From the NCBI GenBank assembly GCA_001724265.1, contig MEDY01000205.1, forward strand, positions 1-64,000: DNA of 64,000 bases. Direction: 5' to 3'. This DNA comes from Rhizaria sp. SCN 62-66 (Eukaryota). The notes under the pieces are model-generated. The model was not told where the DNA came from. It saw nothing but the letters and a program-made list of their open reading frames with translations, and ran no database searches. The translations under genes were made by a program, and so were the position numbers. Shown in pieces: positions 20,709 through 32,461 of the stretch (positions are counted from its first letter, which is position 1; every line of letters begins with the position of its first letter).

Positions 20709-21863
20709 TTAGTTATGCCCGTCGAAGTCACCCTCAAATTCTGCAATGACCAGCCCACGGAACTTATCCCCGTCCTTAGTACGGCAGGCGTCATACAGCC
20801 GGCGCAACGTGACCACAAACGGCCCGTAGTCGGCGTTCACGTCCGACACGAGCGCAACGGCAGGCGTGTCTAGCGTGGCGATGATGGGAGACCAGTGGCC
20901 GCCGATAAGCGCGCGCGCACGGCCCCAGGCTGAGGTCGGCGCGGTGCCAAACAGAGGCTGACGGAGGAAATTCGCAGCGACGCGCACGTTGGGGCGGTTA
21001 GCCTTGGCGATGAGAGCGCAAAAGGCGTCGAAATTGACTGTAGCGCCGTCAACAGGCACGGATTCGACCGACTTCAGCGAAACGCCCGCAGGTAAGAGCC
21101 CGACCGAGCGCGCGACTGCCTCGTGGAGCTGTTTTAACGTCGCTGGACCGGGCATGCGGCGGGTAGGAACGATGGCGGCGCGCGAGATGGAGTAGAGCAA
21201 GGTGTTGACGGTGGCGGGGGCGCAGTAGCCCTCGACGGGCTGGTAGAAGGTGCACTCTTCGACGCGGTCCCAGGGTCCCAGCGGCGCAATACGACGGTCG
21301 ACCGAGTCCGGATCAGGGGCCTCACCCGCGGTGGCGGCGGAGCGCGCGGCGGCAAGAGCGCCCCGGGCGGCGTCGGCGTCAACTAAGCCGCTTTGCTGCG
21401 CGTGGGTAAGCAGGGCAGCGCGGTACGGAGAGGCGGACCACAGACGCCAGATAAGGGCGGAGTCTTTAAACTCGGGGGCGTCGCGGATAACGGGGCGTGT
21501 GGCGTTAAACTCGTGGCCAACCTCGCGGCTGGCGATGTTGCGGACCATGTTCTGGTAGCCGGAGTACGCGAGATAGATCGATAACGCGGCCGGGATGAGG
21601 ATGGTAAGGTTCAACCACCAGCACAGGACAATGTAGCTGAGGACAAAAAGGCCGATAGCGCGGCCGAACATCATGAAGGTAAAGAAAATGGGCCAGATGA
21701 CCTTGTAGGCCTTGGGAAAGAGGTGCTTGTGCTCCACCGGCGCGCGGCCGGCGTCGATGATACGGGTGTTCGTCACCGGCAACAGAGGTTGGAGTTGGAC
21801 CTTGGTGTAGCTGAAGCTCTTCGGACTCAACGGCTCGTCGCCGGTGGCCGCGGGGGAACTCAT
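20709..21863 (-). CDS. Phytochelatin-synthase-like (papain-fold) protein with N-terminal transmembrane helices (384 aa)
   Basis: Motifs YQPVEGYCAPAT (Cys codon 21222-21224), ANFLRQPLFG...GGHWSPI (His 20895-20897), LVSDVN..YGPF.V...RLY.A..T.D...RG (Asp 20841-20843) match the PCS catalytic-domain pattern. Hydrophobic stretch at ~aa 55-103. Ends TAA. Confidence 0.8.
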   Translation of the reverse strand: MSSPAATGDEPLSPKSFSYTKVQLQPLLPVTNTRIIDAGRAPVEHKHLFPKAYKVIWPIFFTFMMFGRAIGLFVLSYIVLCWWLNLTILIPAALSIYLAYSGYQNMVRNIASREVGHEFNATRPVIRDAPEFKDSALIWRLWSASPYRAALLTHAQQSGLVDADAARGALAAARSAATAGEAPDPDSVDRRIAPLGPWDRVEECTFYQPVEGYCAPATVNTLLYSISRAAIVPTRRMPGPATLKQLHEAVARSVGLLPAGVSLKSVESVPVDGATVNFDAFCALIAKANRPNVRVAANFLRQPLFGTAPTSAWGRARALIGGHWSPIIATLDTPAVALVSDVNADYGPFVVTLRRLYDACRTKDGDKFRGLVIAEFEGDFDGHN

Positions 21864-22388
21864 GGCTGCGTGCGGATACGCCGCAAAACAGAGAAATCAG
21901 GAGAGTGTGAGTGTGAGTGTGAGTGTGAATGGGAGTTAGGAAAGCGGGAGGGTCTGGGGGTGCGGTTCTGACCGAGGTTCGGCAGAGATAAAAGCAAGGC
22001 AAGAACGGATCAGAGAAACGTATGAATTTAAGAGCAAACACAAAAAGTTGAGATATTGCAGATTGGTAAGTTGTGGCTCATTTGACGAACAGAGAGCTGT
22101 GTTTGAGCAGCGTCTGAGTCGCCGTTCATTCGCCGAACCACAAGTGCGTAGTGGCGACGTGGGCCGATCGGCGTCATCCTCAAGCAAGGTGACTAATCAT
22201 GCCATAGAGCGTTGCAACGGACTTCCGAGATGAAATAAAGCGGCATAACGCTAGAATAAAGAACCATATACTGTATTATTGTCTTCATAGACAATACTGG
22301 CCCCATCACACGACCTAAAATACTCCCAAAGAAACAAAGAGCGACTTGACAGCTTATATCAATCTTACCCAAGGACACCAAACCCACT

Positions 22389-23897
22389 TCAATCGTCGGC
22401 GAAGGCGTTAAGCTTGGCGCGCGCCTCGGCGGCCTGCTTCGCGCGCGCGAGCCGGTCCGCGACCGTGGACGGCATCGCCGCCACGAGAGAGCTCGCGCCC
22501 CCGGCAGCCGCCTTGACCGTGGTGGCGCCTGCGGTGTCGCCGCGGGTGTAGGCAGCGGCGTACGCCTCGAACGCGGCCTTCTCAGCGCTATTCTTGCCGC
22601 TGCCGCTAGAGACGCCCGTCTCGGACTTGCCGGCCTTGTTGCCGCCGTCCTTCTTGTCCTTCTTATCTTTCTTAGCGTCCTTAGAGTCAGAAGCAGCGTC
22701 AGTGCTAGACTCAACACTCCCCAGCGTAGCGGCGGCGGCCTTGTCGCGGGCCTGCAGCTGCGCGCGTGCGACGGCCATCTTCTCCGCAAACACCTTGGCC
22801 TCGCCCGACGCCTTCTCAGCCGCCAAGAACGCCTTACGTGCGTTTTCGTTGTTCTTGCGGGAGCTAGCACCCTTGCGGCGGGCGACCGAGTAGGCGTGGA
22901 CCTTCTTCCGCATGTCGACCGCCGCCTTGTGCTCAAACGCAGGCGCGCCCTTGGCCTTGGGGATGCGCTCGGCGTTGAGCGCCCAGAGCTGGAGGTGGCG
23001 TGTCAGCTCCGCCCACTTCAGCGCCTCGATGCGCGCCGTCAGCTCGGGCGTCGCGGGCGGGAGGGCGACCGAGAGCTGAACCGTCTTGGCGAGCCCGAAG
23101 TCGCTGTCGAGCGTCGTGTGAGGCATCGTCCCCAGGCAGAGGCGGCGCGCGACGGCTTCGGTGACGATGCGGATGTTGCGCTTGATGTCCTCCGTCATCC
23201 CAGCCGGGTCCGCCGCGGTCAACGCGAAGGGGTTCTTGTTCTCCTTGGCCGCCGCGAGCGCCTGTTGGCGCTGCTCGCGGAGCTTGGCGCGCGCCGCCTC
23301 GGCCGCCGCAGATCCGGGCGGGTACTTGCGGTCAAACTCGGCCTTACGCGCCGCGGCCTCGGCCTGCCGGGCGGCGGCCGCGGCGTCCTTGACGGCTTGG
23401 CGGTCAGCGGCCTCCTTCGCGGCCTGAGACTGGAGCTCAGCAGCGCGGGCGGCGAGGAAAGCCTTCTTGCGCTCGTTGCGCTCGCGGAGAAGCTTCTGAG
23501 CGGCTGTCTCCTCGCCAGCGAGGGCGGCGGCAGCGTCAGCGGCAGGCTTGGGCTTGGACGACTTGGAGGCTGCCTTAAAGTCAGCAGGAGCGGTGGGAGG
23601 GAGGTTGTTGACCTTGCGATCCTTCTTGTCCTTCTTGTCGCTGATGCCAGTCGAGTTGGCCTCCTTGGCAGCCTTCTTGGCGGCGGCGGCCTTGCGGGCA
23701 GCGATGGCGTCCTCGTCCTCGGACTCGGAGTCGGAGGCGACGGGGGCGGCGGCCTTCTTGGACTTCTTGGTGACGGCCTTAATCTCAACCTCAGAGTCGT
23801 CGGATTCGGCGGCGGCGACGACGGCCTTCTTGGAGGCCTTCTTGGCACTTGGCTCGGCGGCGGCGGGGGCGGAGGCGCTGGTCTTGCGAGAAGACAT
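22389..23897 (-). CDS. Lys/Ala-rich charged protein of unknown function (~502 aa), possibly nucleolar
   Basis: Strong coding codon bias begins at ATG 23897 (MSSRKTSAS...). KKA repeats and acidic SDSESED patches, plus a central globular segment. Ends TGA. No family recognised. Confidence 0.7.
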   Translation of the reverse strand: MSSRKTSASAPAAAEPSAKKASKKAVVAAAESDDSEVEIKAVTKKSKKAAAPVASDSESEDEDAIAARKAAAAKKAAKEANSTGISDKKDKKDRKVNNLPPTAPADFKAASKSSKPKPAADAAAALAGEETAAQKLLRERNERKKAFLAARAAELQSQAAKEAADRQAVKDAAAAARQAEAAARKAEFDRKYPPGSAAAEAARAKLREQRQQALAAAKENKNPFALTAADPAGMTEDIKRNIRIVTEAVARRLCLGTMPHTTLDSDFGLAKTVQLSVALPPATPELTARIEALKWAELTRHLQLWALNAERIPKAKGAPAFEHKAAVDMRKKVHAYSVARRKGASSRKNNENARKAFLAAEKASGEAKVFAEKMAVARAQLQARDKAAAATLGSVESSTDAASDSKDAKKDKKDKKDGGNKAGKSETGVSSGSGKNSAEKAAFEAYAAAYTRGDTAGATTVKAAAGGASSLVAAMPSTVADRLARAKQAAEARAKLNAFADD

Positions 23898-24575
23898 CGG
23901 GCAACCTACGCATGCAAAGTAGGTGCAGAGGGAAAAGGTGCAGAGGGACGCGTGTGGAGGCGGTTTGGCGTGGCGGGGGTGGGGCGATGGGGAATAGGGC
24001 GGGGACGGCAATTGACAAGCAGGGGAAGAAGACGAATGAGCGCGACATAAAATACAAAACGACGCACGAGAAGCACCATCAACTTCGTGAATCGCTATTA
24101 AACCCAACTTTACGATGACCACACTGTCCACAGAGACCACGCAATTCACCCTCCGTGACGGCACAGCCAGAGCTTGAACTCGAAGCGAGAGTTCGTGATT
24201 TTTTCGACCGACGAGCGGACGGACGACAGGACGGAGCATCTGCTTGCCGACCGTTTGTGGTGACCGGGTTGGGGGTACAAGGGTGGAGGCGTTTCAATGT
24301 TCACGCGGACTAAGCGACTGTTGTAAGCATTTTGTACTTCATTCACAGGATAGTTTGTGCTTATTTAAGCCTTAGATTACAATTGTGGGATCCAAAACGT
24401 GCACTAATCATCCAGTTCACCTCCGGGCAGAATCCACAGTTTCGACTGAGCGTCGACCTTTCCAACTGCCGCACCCTTTTCCCCACGATTGCCTCGCTTT
24501 ACAGCTCACTGTTCCCGCTTTTTTCTTCTTCCACCACAACCTTTTTGCGGTCGTGCACCGTCTTGTGCCCAGCTT

Positions 24576-27500
24576 ATGTCTACCGACGCGACCGAATCGG
24601 CGGCTGACGCTTCCCTGTCGAGCAAGGCCGCGGACCAGATCCTCGAGGAGCGCCGTAACGCCACGCGCGCGCGCCGCGCCAAGCTCGTCGAACTCGGCCC
24701 ACAGTTCGTGCAGATTATGCGCTTTGGCCAGGGTTTTACGCGCTTTACCCCCAACACCACGGAGGATATCTTTCTGTGGTACGATCCCGAGGACAACCGC
24801 GGCGGCGCGCTCTGCTGGGAACCCCTCGTTGAGTTGACTGACGAACAACGCGCGACCCTCTCCGTGTCTGACCGTGGCATGCTGCAGCCGAAGCAGGTGT
24901 CCGAGGCCAACACCATGCGTCTCTACTCCGTCTCGGACATCTTTATGGGTCGTACCAACGAGGTTTTCCGCGCGCATATGGATAAGGTTCCCAACCCCAA
25001 ACTGTGCATGTCATTCGCCGCCTACGACAACGTGACCCCTCCGCTGCACATCCTGCCTCCGCTGCGCTCGCAGATGGAGACGTGGATCTACGGCATCCAG
25101 CACTTGCTCAAGCAAGACGGCTACGCCTACGTCGAGGCCGATGAGCGGACAGACCGCGCTGAGCAGGCCGTGTTCGAGAAGTACACCGCGAAGCAACTCG
25201 TGCGGCTGATCACTAAGTCTGACCCCGAGGTCGCCGCGCTGCGCATCTCGGCCACACTTACGGCGATGAACCGCGGACAGGCGTTCACTCGCTATTACCC
25301 CGACGGCGTGACGGAGGAGATCAAGCTATTCTACTGCTACGACGGCCACAAGGGCACTCTCTTCTGGGGCCCCCGCAACGCGCCCGAGGGCTACCTCTCC
25401 CTGCGCGCCGTCACCGACATGTGGCTCGGCAAGCACGGGCTGCTGCTGCAGGAGGCCGCCGCGTCGCTCGACTCGGCGTGCTGTGTGACGCTGGCGTCGA
25501 AGCGCGCGGTGCTGGCGCTCGCCGCCCCCACCCGCGACGTCATGTCGCGGTGGGTCTACGGCGTGCACACGCTGCTCACGGCCTCGCCGGAGCTCATCAA
25601 GCAGCTCAACGAGCAGGCTGATGCCGCGTCGAAGACGGACGCGCGCACCCGCACTGCCGCCCGCTCCGCGCAGCAACAGACCAGCAGCCCTTCTTCCGCC
25701 GCCGCCGCCGCCGCTAAGGAGGCCGCCGCCGCCGCTGCTTCTCCTGAGGGCGAGGCTGCCCCTGCCGAGGCCGCTGCTGAGACCGCTGCTGAGACTGCTG
25801 TTGATCCTGAGGCTGAGGCTGAGGCTGCGAAGGCTGCGACAGCCGCCGCCGTGGCGTCCGGGGAGCTCGACGCCGCGGCCATGCTCGCTGCACTGCAGTC
25901 GCGCGGCGCCAACGCAAATGCGGGCGCCGCGGTCTCCGCGGGCGACAACAACAACGACGAGGACGACGACGCTGACGATGACGCCGACGCGGTGGCCGCG
26001 GCGGATGAGATCGAGGCGGAGATGTCGCGGATCGAGGCCGAGATGGAGCGCGCGCGCCACCGCAAGCAGCTCATTGAGAAGGCCCGCAAGGAGGCCGCCG
26101 AGAGGGAGGAGGCGGCGAAGAACTCGGTTGCCCAGGCTGGGTCAGCCGCCACCGACGCCCTCGCTCAGGCCAGGTACGCTCCACACTTTTACTTAGAAGA
26201 CAATATTATTACTTTGTTAAACAGTTATTTTTATTTGTTCGTATTTTTCTATGGACTTTACGTGTATTTCCTTCAGTTTCATTGCATCAGTGCACTATCT
26301 CACGGATATCAATTCCATTTTGTTTGTTTTACATAGGGCTATGCGTGAGGCAATGCTCGCCCGCGCCGCCGAGGCCGAGAAGGCGATGGCCGCCGCTGCC
26401 GCCGCGGCCACCGCTCTGGCCGCCGAAGACGCCGCCAAGCGGGCTTCCGCCGCCGCCGAGGGCGCTGGCGCTGGCTCTGACGATGATGACGACGACGACG
26501 ATGACGACGACGACGACGACGCGTCCGGCGAGGATATGGACGATGCGGCCGATCTCGCCGCGCGCTCCCGTGGCCGCGGCCGCCGTCTGTCGCTGTTCTC
26601 GGCGCTTGAGCTCGATGACGACGTCCGCTCAGCGCTCACGTTTGGCGAGGAGGATTTCCTCTTTCAGGTACGCTTTTTTGTTGTTGTTATCTCTTCTATA
26701 GAGGCGTCATAGGGAAGTATTCTTTCATATTTCTTTTGAAATTTGCAATTTAAATCGACTCGTTTAGTTTTATTCTTACACTTTTTATCTTCATGACGTA
26801 TGCTACTTTGTGTTGTTTTCGTTAAAGGAGGGCAAGTCGACTGCTGTCGCGCGCACTCGTGAGCACGTCGGCCAAGACGACGACGACGACGACTCCAACG
26901 CCGCCGCCGCCGCCGCCACCGCCGCTGCCGCCGCTTCTGCCGCCGCCGAGGCCGAGGCTGACGCTGAGACTGAGGCTGTTGACGAGGTTGACGCCGAGGC
27001 CGAGGCGGAGACCGGTCACGCCGCCGCCGCCGGCGCTGAGGGCGATGCGGGCGCGAGCCTCATGGACTGGACGTCGCTGCGATTTGACGGCAGTACCGCC
27101 GCGCCACTGCAGGAGTACGAGTCGCCTGATGCTATGATGGCTGCGGCTGACCTCGATGGCGTCGCTGAGGAGGCCGTCGAATACCAGGTACGCTTTTATC
27201 CTGACGTAGTCTTCACTATTCAACGTGATTTAATTATATTTTAATGTGATTTTATATTGGTAACTAGTATTGTTTGTTTTTGTTTTGTTACACTCACACC
27301 AACACCTTTGCGCTCTATTGTACATTCTTGTTTCCACAGGAGGAGGAAGGCGAGATCGTCGGTGACGACCACGACGCCGCCCCCGCCGCCGCCGCTGCCA
27401 CCGCCGCCGCTACCCCCGCCGCCGCTTCCCGCGGGTCTCTGGCCGCCCCCGCCGCCGCCCGCGCCGCCCCCACAACCCCATCTCGCGCCGCGGCCGGTGC

Positions 27501-28194
27501 CCGCACTTCAGTCACCGGTTCGACCGCCGCCGCTCGTACCCCCCTGTCCAGCCGCCCGTCCGCCGCCGCGGCCGCGTCGGGCTCTGCGGCGCGCCCCGGC
27601 ACCGCCACGCGCCCCGGCGCCACCGCCACCACGCCCGGCGCCGCCACCGCGCGCCCTGGCACTGCCACGCGCACTCCTGGTGCCGCTGCCGCGACCGCGA
27701 CTGCGAAGCGCACCGTCCCCGCCTCCCCCGCCCCCAGCGCCGGCGCCGCTGCCGGCGCCGCGGTCACCCCGAGCGCCGTCCGCAAGCCCGCTGCCGCCGC
27801 AGGCGCGGGCGCCGCGGTGACTCCCGCCGCCCGCAAGCCTCTGGGCTCGGCCGCCGCCACCCCCGCCGCTGCTGCCACCCCGACTGCCCGCAAGCCTGTC
27901 GCGGGCGCCACCGCCTCCGCCGCCGCCACCCCCACCGCCGCCGCCATGCGCAAGCTTTTGAGCATGCCCTCTTCCGCCGCGTGCGCTGTCGCTGTGTCCG
28001 CGCGTAAGCCCACCGCTACTGCTGCTGCTGCCGGGGCTGCGGCGGCGGCGACGCCGGGCGCTGCCGCACGCAAGCCCACTACCGCTGGCGCTGCTGCTGC
28101 TGGCCCCGCCGCGGGAGTGACGCCGGGGTCTGTGGCGCGCAAGTCGACTGCCACGGGCACTCCGGGCGCCGCCACGCGCACCGCACCGAAGTGA
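24576..28194 (+). CDS. Tandem PH-like domain protein with acidic linker and basic Ala/Thr/Pro repeat tail (exons 24576-26173, 26337-26667, 26828-27187, 27340-28194)
   Basis: Two internal repeats of G..FTR....E.I.L.Y....G.L.W...L..V.D...G...C......L......W.YG resemble PLC/Num1-type PH domains. Three AT-rich introns, all starting GTACGCT and ending TAG/AAG/CAG, join four ORFs in consistent phase (2,0,0). Ends TGA. Confidence 0.82.
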
Positions 28195-28475
28195 AGCCGC
28201 CAGGGATTCCGCGCTGGGAAGTTAAGCCGCCACGGCGAGGACTATGGCCACGGCAGACAAGTGACCAGAGATGCACCTTTGACTGACTGACTGACGACTG
28301 ACGACTGCTGCTGCCGCTGCTGCTGCTGCTGCTGTCTGTGCTATGTATGTGTTGTTTGCTGTGGTTGAACGTGTCAACGTACGACGCAGAATGCGCGCGT
28401 TTGATATGTGTTAAACTCTGAGCGACGATAACGACTTACAGTAGTACAGTCCATAGCAGCGAGGCTCTTGCGTGC

Positions 28476-28514
<39 letters not shown>

Positions 28515-28978
28515 ACGTTTTCTTGATGATTGCTACCTGGCTTGTGCGTGTGTGTGTTTTTCTCTTTCTTTTTCAGTCTTTCTGCCGTTGTGTATGTGTG
28601 TGTGTGTGTTGTTGTTTTTTCCCTTTTGTTTTGATTACGACTGACATTTGTTTTTGCGCTATCTGATCAGAGTCGAGTCGAATCAATATCATCAATCACA
28701 TCAACAACCCCAATTATAACTAGAGACAGTGCTTTGTCATTTTCTTCTTGTCAAGAATCATTTTGCGCAACACACCAGCTTTCCTTGTTTTATTCCAATA
28801 CTACTAATAATACATACTCTCTACATTTATATAATACAAACGTACACAATTCTCATTTTGTATTTGCCATTTCAGATAACATCTCGCTAAATATCATTGC
28901 ACGCACAACTAGTAGCATGGTCTTTTTGATTTCAACTTAGCTTTTGGATTTAAGCAGCTTTTTCTTGTTTTGTTAAGC

Positions 28979-30189
28979 TTACAAGAGACGCGGCTTCTTT
29001 TTGAACCGGTTCGCAGTAACTGTGGCGCGCGCAAGCCTATCGCGCTCCGCCAGCCGAATAGCCTCCGCCTCAGCGTTCGCCAGTGCAGCCGCCTCCGCCG
29101 CCGCGGCTTCGGCCGCAGCAGCAGCAGCCGCGGCTGCTGCGGCGGCGGCAGCGGCAGCGGCAGCGCGCTCCTGCTGCCCCAGAGCGCTATTGCCAGCACA
29201 ATTTGCACCGGCACGACTCCCGCTACTGCTGCTGCTGCTGCTGTTGTCGTTATTATTTCTGGAATTGTCGACGCTATTGAACCCCATCATGCTGTCGTTG
29301 AACGGATCGTTGTTAAAATCATCATTGTTGTTATTATTCTGATCATAATCGTCGTCATAATCGTCGTCGTCATAGTAATCTTGGCTGTTTTTGCCCAGTC
29401 CGCGCTTGCGGCTGCGATCTGACCTCGCACTTTCCCCTTTACTCCCTTTAACACCACTGCGCGTGGTCCTATTAGCATCCCTATCGTCGTCGTCGTCGCT
29501 CTCGTCGCTGTCACCGCCGCCATCGGCGCTGATTTTGCCGTTGTTACCGCCGCCACCGCCGCCATCCGCGTCTTTGTCGACTCCAGAGTCTAAACACCGC
29601 CGCTGCCGACTGCGGGCGACGCTCCGCACCGCCACCGCGACCGCATTCACCGCCGGACCCAGTGCGCCGCCGCGGCGGGCTGCCTCAGAGCACAGCCTCT
29701 GAGCCTGCTCCACGGGGCCTTGCTGTGCCTGCAACGTGCGGGCATGGTTCCGAAGCTACTTCCGCGCCGCGTTTGACAGAGTCGCACTCGCTGAGTTGGC
29801 AGCGTTGGATTTGGTCGAGGGCGTTGCGGTCGCAGTTTTGGTCTGACCGGAAAAGTTGCCTTTCCTCTCAACAGTGACGTCAATCGCATTGCTATCATCA
29901 TCATCATCGTCGTCATCGTAATCGTTCTCGTCGGTCAGCATGCCCAAATTGCCGGTGACTGCCACGATCGCGGCGTTGGCCGTCGAGAGCACCACCGCGG
30001 CTGCGGCGGTAGCGGTGTCGGCCGCTTCCGTCGCCGCGGCGGCGGAGGCGCGCAGAGGCGTCCATAACAGCAGACGCAGCGCCAAAGCGGCGGCGGCGGG
30101 CGCGAGGGGCGCGCAACGAAAGCCCCACGTAATACCACCTCCGCCACCGCCACCGCCGCCGCCACTGCTGCTGCTGCTGCTGCTGTTGC

Positions 30190-30229
<40 letters not shown>

Positions 30230-32080
30230 GGTATTTGTGTTTGTGGTGGCGAGGGGCCGCGAAGAGGCGCACAGTGACAGAACCGACTGGGAAGCATCGT
30301 TATCGATGCCACCAAGGCCGAGCCCAGAGCCGGAGCTAGAGCTAGGATTAAAGCTAGAGCCAGATGCAAGGCGATTACTGCTGTTGCAGTTGCTGCTACC
30401 GCGATCGTCGCTGGCACTGTCGACGCTGCTGACGCTCTCGGTGGCGAAAGAGTAAAGCCTCTCAACGGAACTCACATTGCTACTGTTACCACTACTCGCA
30501 ATGCTGCTGCTGCTGCTGTTGTTGTTGTTGGTGCTCGAAGGATTACTCCCGCCCGCGGCAGTCAGACCGAGGCGCGACGGCGGGGGGAACAGGGCGCTGC
30601 GGATGCTGCGAATAATCGCGTCCGCGGGCGTGTTTGACGGCGTCGCCGGCATGTAAACACCACGTTCGATTGATAGCACTGAGGCGCGGCAGCGACGTAG
30701 CCAAACACGCTCTAGGTCAGTCACCAGCAACAAATACCCACTGTTACCACTCGCATTACCACCGCTGCCGCTGCTGGCGCTGTGACCAGGAGTGTTGTTT
30801 TTGATGTTTTTGAATGCGACGAATTTGGCAAGTAGAGTCTGGCGCAAGGGAGGGAAATCGCAGAGGCCGCGGCGGCGCTCTCGGATCGCCACGCCGCGGG
30901 CAGCCGCCTCCGCGACGACAGCGGAGACGGCTGCAGAGGTCGTATCACTGCTGGCTCCCATAGCCGCAGTGAGGTTGTTGCCGTTATCGTTCGCGTTGCT
31001 GTTGTTGTTGTCACTGCTGTTGTTGTTGTTGCTGCTAAAAATGGCGGCGGCTGCAAGAGCGTCTGCTGCGGCTACAGCCTCAGGCCACAGCGTCACAACA
31101 CACTCAGAAAGAATCCCACTGGCACTGGCGATGGCACTGGCGCTGGCACTTGCATCGTTTTCGCAGTCGGCGGCATGCAAAGTGACCGTTTTGGTCAGCC
31201 CCGGTTGCGCCAGCGCCAGCGTGCGCGCCAGTGCCGGCGAGACCTCATCGACGCCCCGTTGCGCGGGCGGGACGGGCCCGCGGAGCCACTGCGCGGCGCG
31301 CGGGGCCCAGTAGGCGCGCGCGGCGGCGGAGGCGGCGGCGGTGCCAGAGGCGAGCGCGCGTAAAGCGGCGGCGTCGTCCAAACTCTGAGAGAAACTCGCA
31401 CCTGCTTCCATGTCATTCATTGCGCTCGCACACGCAGTTGCAGCCGCAGTCGAGCTAGAGCTAGAGCTGGAGTTAGAGTTAGAATGAGCCGCTGGAGGAA
31501 TAGTACTCGCGCTGTTATTGTTATTGCTGTTGCTATTGTGAGTAGATATGTCGTTAAAGAGGCCGCCAGCGTCGTCGTCTGCAAAAAAGGCGTCCAAGTC
31601 GTCGTTCATTGCAGTCTTTTGCGCCGCCGAGAGGTGTGTGTGGTTGTTATCATCATTCACCGCCGCCGCGAAATGAGCGGACGAATCGTTACTTGGGTCA
31701 ACGTCGGCACTCGGAGCATTCTCCGCCGCTGCTAAGCTTTGCTGCTGCTGTTTGGCGGCGGCAGCGGCTGCAGTGGCGGCTGCGGCGGCGGCGCGGGCGG
31801 CGGCGCGCTCGGCAGCAGCTTCGATAGCAACAGCGGCGGCAACGGCTCCTTCAGTAGGCGGGGCAGTGCACAGTAATGACAGCTGCTCCTCAGCCTTTCC
31901 CCCGCCGCCGCCGCGGTAGTGGATCGCGGGCAGGCGCGGGAGGCGGAGGCGTTCGCCGGTGGCCGGGACGTCACGGGCGTGGCTGCCGAGAGCGAGGGAT
32001 AGAGACGGGGTGAAGTAGCTCGGCAGCTCCACCCACGCGACTGCGGAGAAGAGCCGCAGCTCCTCGGGGGTCAAACTCAT
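28979..32080 (-). CDS. NHEJ1: XLF/Cernunnos-like non-homologous end-joining factor with large low-complexity insertions (~1,033 aa; in-frame TAG at 29756-29758 read as sense)
   Basis: XLF motifs in the expected order: AWVELP (cf. AWLQL), LLAKF (LLAKV), GYLLLVTDLERVW (GYALLVSDLQQVW), WGFRCAP (WNFHC), LLLWTPL (HLIRPL). ORF 28979..29734 is in the same frame beyond one TAG and ends KKKPRLL-TAA, resembling the XLF C-terminal Ku-binding motif (human KRKKPRGLFS). Confidence 0.78.
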
Positions 32081-32461
32081 ACTATACTCAAACAAAAGCG
32101 CAAGACACGGACGAGGCAAAAGGTTGGGCGCAAGGGCCGCAAGGTTTGGGGTGGGGCCGCGAGAGGCTTTGTGACTGAGAGCGGGCACAAGCAGGGTGCC
32201 GTTAGCGAGTGGTGGAGAAGCGAGTTTGAGTCGAAAGTAAGTAACATGTTGTTTTGATGAGGTATAATTATACGAAAATGACAGTCGCTTACTTTTATAA
32301 ATATTTCAATTTTCGACTTTTCCCACGACGGATTACTGCGCGTTCTAAAGCCTTAACCCTTGGACTCTTTCCCCGCCCCACCGCAGACCAGGCAAGTCCA
32401 CACAACCCTTTCTTCGATTCCCCGCGCCCTCACATCGCTTCCCCCGCCGCGCGCGCTCGAC

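Noticed and set aside
28280-28615. (GACT)n, (TGC)n and (TG)n tracts giving a poly-Cys ORF at 28472..28666
   Set aside because: Simple microsatellites in the 3' UTR of the PH-domain gene; the ORF is a by-product.
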